Assembly: GCF_000281045.1 (NCBI RefSeq)
Contig: NW_008246118.1
Coordinates: 315,850 to 365,621 of the forward strand
Reading direction: 5' to 3'
Source: Saprolegnia diclina VS20
Lineage: Eukaryota
Length of the DNA stretch: 49,772 nucleotides
Shown here: in pieces, positions 26,801 to 37,840 of the stretch
Layout of the letters: the number at the start of each line of letters is the position of its first letter
How positions within the stretch are numbered: the first letter of the stretch is position 1
Notes under the pieces: model-generated
What the model saw: only the letters and a program-made list of their open reading frames with translations
Databases searched by the model: none
Told to the model about the DNA's origin: nothing
Position numbers and translations under genes: made by a program

Positions 26801-28466
26801 CGGGTTCGCCGAGGCCATGCTCGCGCGCGGGCTCGAGGGCGGCCACTGGGTCTTCTTGGCCAACTGCCACCTCATGTTGAGCTGGGCCCCGACCCTCGAG
26901 AAGCTCATCGACAACTACTGCGCGAACCCGAGCGTCAACCCCAACTTTCGGCTCTGGCTCACGAGTGACCCGAATCCCAAGTTCCCGATTGCGATCCTCC
27001 AGCGCGGGATCAAGATGACGACCGAGCCGCCGCGGGGTATTCGCGCCAACTTGCTCCGGCTCTACAACACAATGACGCCGGAGCGATTTGCGCGCTGCAA
27101 GCAGACCAAGAAGTACAAGCGCCTCCTCTTCTGCCTCTGCTGGTTCCACGCACTCCTCCTCGAGCGCCGCAAGTTCAACAACCTCGGCTGGAACATCCCG
27201 TACGACTTCAACGAGAGCGACTTTGCGATCAGCGAAGACGTACTCGCCATCTACCTCGACGAGTACGACGAGACGCCGTGGGAGGCCCTCAAGTACCTCA
27301 TTGCGCAGGCCAACTACGGCGGGCGCGTCACCGACGACTGGGACCGCCGCTTGATGCTCGTGTATGTGGGTCAGTTCTTCTGCGAGGACATTCTCGAGCT
27401 CGAGATGGCGCCGCTCTCCGAGTCGCCCGAGTACTACGTGCCGGACGACGGCGACCTCGCCACGTACGGTGACTTTATCCGCAACCTCCCGCTCGAGGAC
27501 CCGCCCCTCGCCTTTGGCCAGCACCCGAATGCGCAAATTGCTTCGCAGATCGACAATGGCCGGGAGCTCCTCAGTACGATTCTGAGCTTGCAGGCCATGG
27601 GCGGCGGCGACGGCGGCAAGGGCACCGACGAGAAGATCCTGAGCGTCCTCCAGAACCTCAAGGAGAAGGTACCCGACCCGTTCGACCTCCCGACGGTCAA
27701 GCTCAACCTCTCGGCGCGCAGCGATCCGGACGCGCTCAAGACCGTGCTCGTGCAGGAGCTCGAGCGCTACAACAAGCTACTGAGCACGATCAAGTCGTCA
27801 CTGATTGCGCTCGAGAAGGGTCTCCAAGGCCTCGTCGTCATCACGCCTGAGCTTGAAGGCGTCTCACAAGCGCTACTGCTCGGCGCAGTGCCCAAAGCGT
27901 GGAGCTTTTGCTACCCGTCGCTCAAGCCTCTCGGTGCGTGGACGGCCGAGCTCGAGCAGCGCGTCGCCCAGATGCGCCACTGGGCGCACACGGCGATGCC
28001 GGTCGTCTTTTGGCTCGCGGGCTTTACGTACCCGACGGGCTTCTTGACGGCGCTACTGCAGACGGCAGCGCGCAAGAACGGCGTCTCGATCGACTCGCTC
28101 AACTGGGAGTTCCTCATCGTCAACCAGCACGAAGACTCGATTGTTGTCGGTCCCAAGGACGGCGCGTACGTCAAAGGTCTATTCCTCGAGGGCGCCCGCT
28201 GGGACTTTGAGCACGACTGCTTGACCGAGCCGCTGCCCATGGAGCTCTACTGCGTCATGCCCATGATCCACTTTCGACCAGTCGAGAACAAGAAGAAGGC
28301 GGCCAAGGGCACGTACAGCTGCCCGCTCTACATGTACCCGATCCGCACCGGCACGCGCGAGCGACCGTCCTTTATGATCGCCGTCGATCTCAAGTGCGGC
28401 GCCCAGCGGTCGCCCGACGTGTGGACCAAGAGGGGCACCGCGCTCCTCCTCTCGTTGAGCACGTAG
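14803..28466 (+). CDS. DNAH2: Axonemal dynein heavy chain, inner-arm I1/f beta type (DNAH2/DHC10-like), ~4507 aa
   Basis: P-loops [50 protein letters not shown]-terminus [40 protein letters not shown]. Removing introns 22999-23038, 23597-23648 and 24093-24140 gives a 13524-nt continuous frame. Confidence 0.93.
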
Positions 28467-28538
28467 GTAGTAAGTGGAGTAATCCAACCCTCTGTACATA
28501 GTTCACTCAAGGGCAAAGGAATGCGTCGTTGAAGGAGC

Positions 28539-29037
28539 TTAAGCCGTGCGGACAATGATGTGCACGCCGCTGTCCGTGTCGACGATACCGCTGATCTGGC
28601 CGACCTGGAGGCCAAAGCTAAGCAGTGGAGATGAGACCTCTGGCACCCATCGTGCTCGTACGCAGCATCTTCGAACGGCTTTTGCATCATGCCACGGCCG
28701 AACGGACCGAGGTCGCCACCACGCGTACCGCTGCTGCAGTCGCTGAACTGGATTGCAAGGTCTTCGAAGCGAGCGGCGCCCGACGTGATCTTGTTGCGCA
28801 GTTCTACAACGGCCCGCGCTAAGCGATCTTCCTGCAGCGGCGCTCGTACCGGTGAGGATCGCGATGGCCTCGTCCTTGGAGCGCGTGATGTTGGGCGAGA
28901 GACGCGAGGCTACGGCCCATCATGAGCCTTCACATACAGCGTCTACCTCGCCCCGTAGGGCTCCATGCTGCCAACGTACCCGGGCGGCGCGACCCGCTGT
29001 GCTTGATGAGGAGGTGCGAGGCGCGGACTTGGGACAT
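28539..29037 (-). CDS. PIN1: Pin1-type parvulin peptidyl-prolyl cis-trans isomerase, single domain (no WW), 4 exons, ~112 aa
   Basis: Spliced product [112 protein letters not shown], via three GTACG..AG introns. Confidence 0.93.
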
Positions 29038-29254
29038 GGTCGATGAATGCGAAATGACGTAGCTGTTCAAAAAATGCAATTGCCCCATACAAATGCAGAG
29101 TAATAAAACGTGGGGAAACCCTAATTGCTGATTCGCCAACGACGCTTGATTTATAGCCAATTAAACGATTTGCCTTGCGTTTACGACCTCGGATTCGTCA
29201 ATAAGCTGCATATTTCCAGCCAATGGCCTTGCGGCATCCATAGAGATCCCGACC

Positions 29255-29707
29255 ATGCTTCGCCTCCGGCTTCCACGTACAGTCGGCGCCGCCACCCGGC
29301 GCCTGCGCTTCTCGACCAAGGCGCAAGCCTTGAGCGACGACGAGTGGAAGGCGAAGCTGACGCCGTGGGAATACCGCGTCTTGCGCCAGAAGGGCACGGA
29401 GCCGTCGGGCAGCGGGCCCTTGAACAAGCACTTTGAGAAAGGAACGTACGTGTGCGCCGGCTGCCACACGCCCTTGTATGCGTCCACGCACAAGTTTGAC
29501 TCAGGCTGCGGTTGGCCTGCGTTCTACGATGCGCTACCCAGTGCCATCGTGTGGGTCCCCGACAGCGACGGCCAGCGAACCGAGATCGTCTGCGCCAAGT
29601 GCCACGGCCACATGGGCCATGTCTTTGAGAACGAAGGCTTCCCGACGCCGACGAACCACCGCCATTGCGTCAACAGCATCTCGATCAAGTTCAAGGCGGA
29701 CAAGTGA
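29255..29707 (+). CDS. msrB: Peptide-methionine (R)-S-oxide reductase, Cys/Zn type, probable mitochondrial presequence
   Basis: LRQKGTE, CAGC and CAKC zinc pairs, KFDSGCGWPAF, GHMGHVF, RHCVNS. Arg-rich N-terminal extension. Confidence 0.95.
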   Translation: MLRLRLPRTVGAATRRLRFSTKAQALSDDEWKAKLTPWEYRVLRQKGTEPSGSGPLNKHFEKGTYVCAGCHTPLYASTHKFDSGCGWPAFYDALPSAIVWVPDSDGQRTEIVCAKCHGHMGHVFENEGFPTPTNHRHCVNSISIKFKADK

Positions 29708-29822
29708 CGCGGCGACTCCCAAGTGCGCTACGACGACTACCAACAGCTGTTGCATTTTCAGCATGATTCTTTAATCGCATTCGCAGCGTTGGAGAATATT
29801 GTCAGACTCTAAATTTAGACGC

Positions 29823-31664
29823 ATGAGCCTCGACGAGGACGGCTGCGGCATCCTGCGGTACGCGGTTCACCTTGCACGGCGCCTCTATGAACGCTGTGGC
29901 AGGTATGGATCCGGCTCGGTCCTCGCCGTCATTAGCCGTGTGGACGGAGCCAAGTACGGTCAGTTTTACGACGGTGGGTCAGACAGTGTTTTGCGCCCAA
30001 GTCTACTGGTCGTGGGTAGATACGCGGCTGGACGGGCAGCCGACGCAGCTCCTCGTGGGCTTTAGCTTTGGCGGCAACGGCTTCGCCAACTACCGCACGG
30101 GTCAGCAGCGCTTTGTCGCCACCAACGCCGACGTCCTTGTCGCAGGTGAAGACGGCGAAATACTTCAGGTACTGATGCGCGTCTTATTTCCGACCGAGTG
30201 ACCAGCGTTGTAGCACTACCGCTGGGATCCCACCTCGGTGACGGCGCTGCTACCTCATTCCATTGATCTGCAGCTCAACTCGGTCATGACGCTCAAGTGC
30301 TCCAGCCAAGCAGCAATACAGCTCACAGTCAAGCACCACAGCCTTCTCGTACGCACCCTCTGATACGAAGGTCTGCTGACAATAGCAGGTGTTTGAGCTC
30401 GGACGACCCGTGCGCGCGTCGTACCTCAACAAGGTGCACCATGGATCTGTGCATCATCGCTGCAACCATCCACGTTCAGATTCAGCGCCGGCGGGTCGAC
30501 GGGACCCTCGAGCTGGCAATACCGCGGCCGACGCTTGTCGATCGCCAAGATCGCCAGGTTGCCACTTCGAGACACCATTGTCCCTTGATCGAGCACGTCG
30601 CGTGTAGAGTGAGACGCCGACAAAGAAAGCCCAGCGCTACAACTGGCATCTGCCGCGCGTCTCGGCGAGTGGCCGCGAAGTCGACAAGGTGAGCGTCCAG
30701 TCGCACCTCCAGCCACTTGTCGAGACCAACAAGTCGCTCGTGCTGCGTCTCAAATCGTACTCGCTCGTATTCGAATCCCGTTGGACGGTCCGACGTAGCT
30801 ACTCGACGGCAATCGGCCAAAACGTGCACGATCAAGTTGAGGCCCAGCGCAGCATTCCTTGCCACAGTTTCTTCTCGCCGATCAAGCGCCAGCACAGCTA
30901 CATCCCGTCGGCCAAGGTGGTTCGCTTTCGATTGGCGCCCGTCGGATAAATTCTGTGGATAGATCGCCAAGCCCAAGGGGATCGTCAAGACCCTCCCGCG
31001 CCTCCACCCCCGGTTTTTGGACCACATGGTCGCGCGCATGAAGAGCAACCAGGTACAAAGCCCCACCTTTGAACGTTCCACCACATGCAACAGCTCCTCG
31101 TTGTTGTCTGCTCCAATCTCTCGACGTCCGACTGCGTCCAAGCCGAGCGCATGCTGGCGACGATCGAGGTCGAGTGGGCGACCGACGACGCTGCGTACGA
31201 TGCCTTCGATCGATGACCCAAGAGGCAACGTGTTGTAGGCGGCCACTTGACGACGACACGCCGCCCCGCGAGCACAACCACGGGGCGTACGAAGACCCGG
31301 CGCCGGACCGCGCGCTCAGCGCCAAGCGCATCGTGCTTGTCGACTGCTCCACTTCGACGCTTCTGAGCACGTACGTCGTCGTCTTCGTAGCTAGCAATGG
31401 GCTAATCAACTGCGTGCAGGCGGCACAACTTCCGCGTCTACCCCATGTTCCTCATGTACTATGGAGGTCAGCTCGGGTTCTGCGCCAACACATTCAACGG
31501 CTTTGGCCGATCCGCAAAGGACTTTGTCGCGCAGGTATTTGCAATCTCTTGGGCAGTGAAGTGAGCGCTGGCATTAGGTCAAGACGACGATCCGCAACTG
31601 TCAGCGCAACCAGTTCCTCCCAACAAATTTCCGGTTTCCGTCCATGGACGATCTCATCATATAG
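29823..31664 (+). CDS. Multi-exon hypothetical protein; N-terminal FAM194/ERICH6-like domain, possible thioredoxin-like C-terminal fold
   Basis: Spliced N-terminus DGCGILR|YGSGSVLAVISRVDGAKYGQFYD|DTRLDGQPTQLLVGFSFGGNGFANYRTGQQRFV..GEILQ|HYRWDP..IDLQLNSVMTLK. C-terminal HNFRVYPMFLMYYGGQL..TFNGFGRSAKDFVAQ|VKTTIRNCQRNQFLPTNFRF. The middle exons are less certain. Confidence 0.6.
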
Positions 31665-31695
31665 TTTGCTATCCAAGACTTAGTGGTTTCTTATC

Positions 31696-34511
31696 TTATT
31701 GCGCAGTGTACGATGAGAGCACGGACGAGAGGATGGCTTGGACGTCCGCGGTCGAGCTGTTCTTGCCGGCCTTCGAGGACTTGGTCGTTTTGGACTTGCC
31801 GAGCTCGCCGAGGACGGCGTCGTTGAGTTGGGTCTTTTGCTCGGCGATGTTGTGGATGGCTTGGTCGACCGTGTCACCAGCGACGAGCTTGTAGATTGTG
31901 ACGGGCTTGGTCTGCCCGATGCGGTGGCAGCGGTCGCAGGCCTGCGCGTCGATCGTCGGGTTGAAGTCCAGGTCGTGCAGAATCACCGTGTCCGCCGCCG
32001 TGAGGTTGATGCCGAGACCGCCCGCGCGCGTCGAGAGAAGGAAGACAAAAATCGACGTGTCTTCGTTGAACTGATCGATGAGCGCTTGCCGATCCGAGAC
32101 CGACGTCGAGCCGTCGAGCCGGAGAAACTTGTAGCCCAAGTACTCCATGAGCACCTCCATGAGATCGAGCAGCTTGGTCCACTGTGAAAAAATAAGGACG
32201 CGGTGCCCGTCCGTCTGCAGAGTCGGCAGAAGCGACCTCAAAAAGTCAAACTTGACCGACTGGAGGATCACGTCGGCCGGCAGCTGGAGCGCTCGAAGCT
32301 CCGAACTAATGTCCCCGTACTGCACGCACAACTCGTGCAGCTCAAAGTCCGAGTACGACTCGATCTCCTTGTCGACCATCGCGCGTGTGCACTGGTCCCC
32401 AAAGGCGCCGAGCTTGTAGAGGTGCGCACCGAGCGTTTTCATCTTGACGTCGCAGCGAAAGTGGTGTCGCAGCATGATCGAGTGGTTGGCCGCCTTGCGC
32501 AGCTGCGTAAAGATCGCCGTGTCCGACTGCCCCGCAAAGATGTTGCTGTCGAGGTTGAGGAGGTCGCGCATCTCCCGGGTGACGCCCGTCGGAGTCTTCT
32601 TCGTCTTGCGCGCCGCCTCCTTGTCCTTAGCAGCGCGCTTCGTCGCGACGGCCGCGGCCACGAGGGCGTCGTAGATCGTCCGCTGCTCGTTCGGGAGCGT
32701 TAGGATGCTCGTTTGTTCGGCTTTCGGCACCATCTGCGTGAGCACGTACTTCTTCATGCGGCGCAGAATGAAAGGCGCGAGAATGCGGCGGATCTTGGCG
32801 CACGTCGTGCTCTGCTGGTCGCCCGCAAAGAAGTCCATCATCTGCTCGGAGCCGTGGTTGAAGATCTTGGGCATGAGGAAACTGAGGAGCGAGAGCAGCT
32901 CGCTGAGGTTGTTCTGGATCGGCGTCCCCGACAACACGAGGCGGTGGCGCGCCCGGACAGCCGCGATGCGCTTGAAGCGCGACGTGTTGGCGTTCTTGAT
33001 CGAGTGGCCCTCGTCCAGCACAACATACCCGAAATGGAACTTGCGGAAGAAGGACCGGTCGTCCGCGCACGCGTCGCGCTCAAAGTACGAGTACGTGGTG
33101 AGGAGCACGTCAAACTCGGTTCGTGCATGTTGCATCGCGATACGGTCTTCCTTGTCGCCATAGTAGGTGAGGATGCGCAGCTTGGGCGCAAACCGCGCAA
33201 ACTCGCGGACCCAGTTGCTCAAGGTCGACGCCGGCACGATCACAAAGTGGGGCGAGCTTTGTTTGCTGCAGAGGAGCGCAAGGAACGAGATCGTCTGCAC
33301 CGTCTTCCCGAGACCCATCTCGTCCGCCAAGACGGCCGACATCTTGTGCTGGTACAGCAGGTACAGCCAGTTGACCCCGACAATCTGGTACGGCTTCAAG
33401 ACGAGCGTCGGACTCAGCCCCGGAATGTCCGCCGTGCGCACAAACTGCTTGTCGTCGTCGACCGCCACGAGCGCGGTTTCTTCGTCGTTGGCGGCTTCGG
33501 GTGCGGACGACCACTGCGACACCGACGTCCTCAGCGTCTCTGCCAGCGCTTCGCACGTCTTCAAGATGGCGCCGACTTCGTCCTTCTGGGACTGCTTCGT
33601 CGACGGCCGCCGACCGTGGTCGGTTTCGTCGAGGCCATCCGATTCGCCTGACGCATCGTCTTCATCTTCCTCTTCTTCCTCTTCCGACGACGCGACTCGT
33701 TTGCGCGGTTTCCGCGTCTTGGCCACGGGCTTCTTGAACGTCTCGAGCTTCTTCGCCGTCCACTGGTCCGTCGCGTCCTTCCGTTTTCGCGGCGCCGTGA
33801 TCCATCCATTGCTGTCCCCGCTCGTGTCGCCGGGCGTAAAGGTCGACCGCCCGTACTTGGCCATCCACGAGGTTTCTGGTACCGTTGGCTTCGCTTTGAC
33901 CTCGATCACGTACACATCGTCATCGTCATCGTCGTCAATGGACTCGACGCCATCCTCGTCCAGGGTCGCTTTCGGCGACGACTCTTCGGTTGTACTGTCT
34001 TCCGGCGCAGCCTCCTCGTCGTCCGTGTCGACGATCACCGTGTTGCGGCGCGTAGTCTTCTTGGGCGCGACGTCGCGGTCGCTATCGCTGCTTTCGCTGT
34101 CTTCGAGCACTGTGCGACGGACTTTAGCCGGTGGCTCGACCTTGGCCGGCGCCGGGCGCTTCTTCGTGAGGTCCACGGTGGTGCAAGCCTCGAGCGACGA
34201 CGGCGCGTCAACGACAACGTACTTCTGGAGCGACCCGTTGGCGTTGAACGCGTCCTTGATGCCAAGGACTGCAGCGTTGCCCGTCTTGAGCACGAGCTGG
34301 CTGGCATTCACTTTGTTGATGAGGAGCGACGCCTTGCCGCGGCAGCGCAGGCGGATCGTGCCATCCTTGAGGAGGCAAACGGTACCCCCGCCTCCACATA
34401 CAGGGATCTACCTCGCAGCGTGAGCCTTCATCTTCGCGTTGGGTCGTCGCGTACCTCCTTGGCGGTCAAGGTCACGACCTTGCCGCCCATAACCTCCTTG
34501 ATCGCGGCCAT
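31696..34511 (-). CDS. SNF2-family chromatin remodeler, SMARCAD1/Fun30/ETL1-like
   Basis: LKPYQIVGVNWL, ILADEMGLGKT-like AVLADEMGLGKT, DEGH box, LSGTPIQNNL, QLRKAANH, FSQW, LLSTRAGGLGINL, DRCHRIGQ. First exon MAAIKEVMGGKVVTLTAKE splices in frame to the main ORF. Confidence 0.9.
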
Positions 34512-34899
34512 TTGGGCTGTGATGGATTCCCGCCAACCCCACCTTATTAATACCCGCGAGTTATTTTGGTGGAATTGGGGATGCTATATTGGTTGTTTGT
34601 ATTCTGAATTGATAAGTATTAAAATACGTAGTTCGAAGCCAAAACCAAATTTCGAAGATCCTCTAGCGTTGGCGTCGGCGTTGGCCTCCATCACCGTCGT
34701 ATCTTGTGTCGATTCATGGTCTTTCCCACGCCGATACCCCCTGAAACCCTCTGCGAGACATCTTCTGCTTTGCCCTCTAATTCATATTGCTGGAGGGTAT
34801 TTCGTTCTCATCGTTTGGCGGCCGCTAGATAAAATAACACTATATTTCGAATGTAGAATAGTGTACAAATTAGCTTGGATCTCGGCGACGGCTGCAACG

Positions 34900-37034
34900 A
34901 TGTTCAAGCACTGTACGTGGCTGCTGCCTGGATGGAGCTCTCATGGCACGTAGCCCACTTTATGGGCCACTCGAGCAACGTCAACTGCTTCCGCTTCGGG
35001 CGCAAGTCCGTACGTGGCAGCCTCTCTTCGGGCGGGTAGCTCACGACCGCGTAGGGACAAGTGGCGGTCAGTGGCGGCGACGACACGAATGTAAACGTCT
35101 GGCGCATCCGCGAGAGCGAGACCAAGAACATCATGGTACTGTCGTGCGAAGGCGAACTGTTGCTCATGTCGTGCTCGTGGGCCAGAGCCTTGCTGGCCAT
35201 TCGAGCCCTGTCGAGTGTGTGACCTTTGATCCGGCCGAGAAGCGCGTCGTCGCCGGGTCGACGTCGGGCGCCATCAAGGCCTACGACATGGAGTCCGCCA
35301 AGGTGTTTCGATCGCTCAAGGGCCACATGTCTTCGTGCACAAGCATCGACTACCATCTCTACGGCGACTACGTGGCATCCGGCGCGCTCGACACCAACGT
35401 CAAGGTCGGGCGCAACATACCTTGTCCCTTGCCATCATCGAGATGCGTAGATCTGGGATCTCAAAACAAAAAACTGTGTCCAGACGTTCAAGGGCCACGC
35501 AAGTGATATCACATGCGTGAGCTTCACGCCCGACGGCCGCTGGCTCACGTCCGGCAGCGCCGACGGGACTCTCAAGATCTGGGACCTCACAGCTGGGAAG
35601 CTTCTTCGCGAGTTCACGGACCACGGCGGCGCCATCACGTGCCTCGAATTCAACCCCGAGGAGTACATCCTCGTGTCAGCGTCGCAGGATAGGACGATGC
35701 GGTTCTGGGACCTCCAATCCTTCGAGCTCCTTGGGGTCACGCCAACCGACACGACGCCGGTGGCCGCGATCGCACACACGATCAGCGAGCCGTACAGCGG
35801 CAAGTATGCCCTCTGCGTGTCCCAGGACATGGTCAAGGTTTGGTCCTATGACGCGTCAGTGACGGTACGACGTCCCTTCTCCGTATGCCGTCATGGCGCG
35901 TCGCTAGTGCCACGATACGTTGCTGTGGAACAACGCGCGCCAAGGCGTGACCGAGACCCTCGGCGACACCCTCGTGACCGACAACCTCCAGCTTTTTGGC
36001 GGCTCGTTCGCGAACGCCTTCATCTCGGTCTGGCGTGTCGACCTCAACACGCTTCAGCCCTTCGCCCCGCCGAAGAAGACGCCGCGACCTATCACGCCTG
36101 CCGCCATATTTCGCCCTGTTACACCCAAAGTCCTCCAGCCGCCCCGGTCGGCGCCGTCGCAACAACCAGCGTTGCAGCAGCCGCCGGCGACACCTCCGCA
36201 GCCGCCCCGTAGTGTACACCAACGCCCCCCTCCGACTCCAGAGCCCTCCCCTCCAGCGTCGACAGAAAGTACGCCTCTTGCGTAGCTGTCGTGCTAACGC
36301 AACTCCATAGGCGCATCGACCGAGATGGGCGTGGACACGATCAAGCGATTCGCTGAGCCTCCTGTCTGCACCTGTTTGCTGCAGCATCTCACGTGCTCGT
36401 ATGAGTAGGAAGCCTTTAGCTCCGACTACGTCAACGAGCTCAAGGTCGGGATGGAGCTCTCGCTTCGAACGTTCAAGAGCCGGCAAAAGGCCCTGGAGCA
36501 GTTTATGACGTATCACTGGGACAAGGGCGACGTCCACGGTACCTCTCCTAGCACGATTCAACGCGCTCATGCACGTACGAGGTGGCTTTCGCTTCATTAG
36601 CCAGCTCCCGACGGGGACTCGGGAAGCCCTCGCGGTCGATATTCTCGGCAACGTCGAGCTCGCGACCATCGGGCTCGACCTGGAGGCATGTGTCTTGCTG
36701 CTTCCGCTCGCGCTCGAGCTTGTGAGCGGTTTTCCCCCGTACGCTGCCGTCGGTGTCGCCGTCGCCAAGGTCCTCGTCACGGCCTTTGGTCCTCTGGTCA
36801 AGGACAACAAGGAAGCGCGCCGGAGCAACCGCGAAGTCAACTTTGCCGGCGAAGAACGGTACGACCGACTGCTGTCGCTGTGGGAACGAGCTACTCTCTA
36901 GGGCCGCGCGCTGCGACGCTTGCCACGGCTTCTTCATCGAGCTCCAGAACAAGCTGCCGAACGTCGCGACGACGGACCCGCGGGCCCTCGCAGAGCTCAA
37001 GAGCATTTTAGGCGAATATGGATGGGGACGATAG
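34900..37034 (+). CDS. KATNB1: Katanin p80 WD40 subunit B1
   Basis: FMGHSSNVNCFRFGRKS|GQVAVSGGDD, SLAGHSSPVECVTFD, DFHPYG-like DYHLYGDYVASGALDTNVKIWD, FTPDGRWLTSG, WDLTAGKLL, Pro-rich linker, C-terminal con80-like region (WDKGDVHG..IGLDLEACVLLLP). Confidence 0.9.
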
Positions 37035-37050
37035 AGCTCGTCGTTGGAGA

Positions 37051-37737
37051 TTAGACTTTCATAATCGAACGCTGCTCCAGGTGCAAGATGTAGTCGGCGA
37101 GGTGGTGCAACTGGCCGAGCTCGATCGCGTTCTCGCCAGACGGGCTCGCGAGCGCCGTGGGCAGCACGCAGTCGTTCTCGATACGCCATCCGTGTTGCGC
37201 GCAGACTAGCCAAAGAAGCTATGAGAGGCAAGGAGAGGTGCGGTACGTACAGGCCAGTGTAGCGTCGCGAGAGAGCCCGAGGGCTTGCGCGGTGCTGTCG
37301 ATGGAAAGCACAGAGTACGCCTGCGCAATCAAGGCCGCCGTCGAGAGCTGGATCGACTGCTTGAGAACCGCAACCACCGGCGCCACTGCCGAGTCCGTCG
37401 TACTTGCCTCCAAGGCCGCAGCGGCCGCGTGCGCCTGGACAATGTCGCGCGCCCACAGCGCTCGTCCGACGGCCCAAATCTGCTGCAGCTCGTCCGCACC
37501 CTTTAGCGGCAAGCGCTTCCACAGGTGGCGGGCTTCGTCTAGGCGCCGAAGGGCGAGCAGGGCCGCGAGGAACTGCGCGTAGTGCGACGCGGCCATGGGC
37601 TCGACGCCCGAGCTCAGGGTCTGGAGCTCCAGCTCTTCGCAGACGTGGACAAGCTCGGGGAGGTGGCGGGGCAGGTCGGTGGCCGCGCAGATTGCGGCGA
37701 TGCGCGCCTGCAGCGACGAGAGCAAGGTTGCGTCCAT
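37051..37737 (-). CDS. CSN8: COP9 signalosome subunit 8 (PCI domain), 2 exons
   Basis: CEELEL, ARHLWKRLP, QIWAVGRALWARD, LIAQAYS, and a second exon with HGW and QLHHLADYILHLE. Confidence 0.85.
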
Positions 37738-37840
37738 CTTCGTTGGGCGTCACAGATAATTCACTGTCCTCTTGTTTGTATGCTCATACAAAAACAAGGT
37801 GCGACAAAAAGATTTTGAGTTTGAGTTTGAAAATGTGGGC

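Noticed and set aside
29255..29707. Possible selenoprotein MsrB
   Set aside because: The catalytic residue is Cys (RHCVNS, TGC) and there is no in-frame TGA before the end.
34420..34953. 177-aa + strand ORF between the SNF2 gene and katanin
   Set aside because: Runs through an AT-rich divergent promoter, starts at GTG, and has no motifs.
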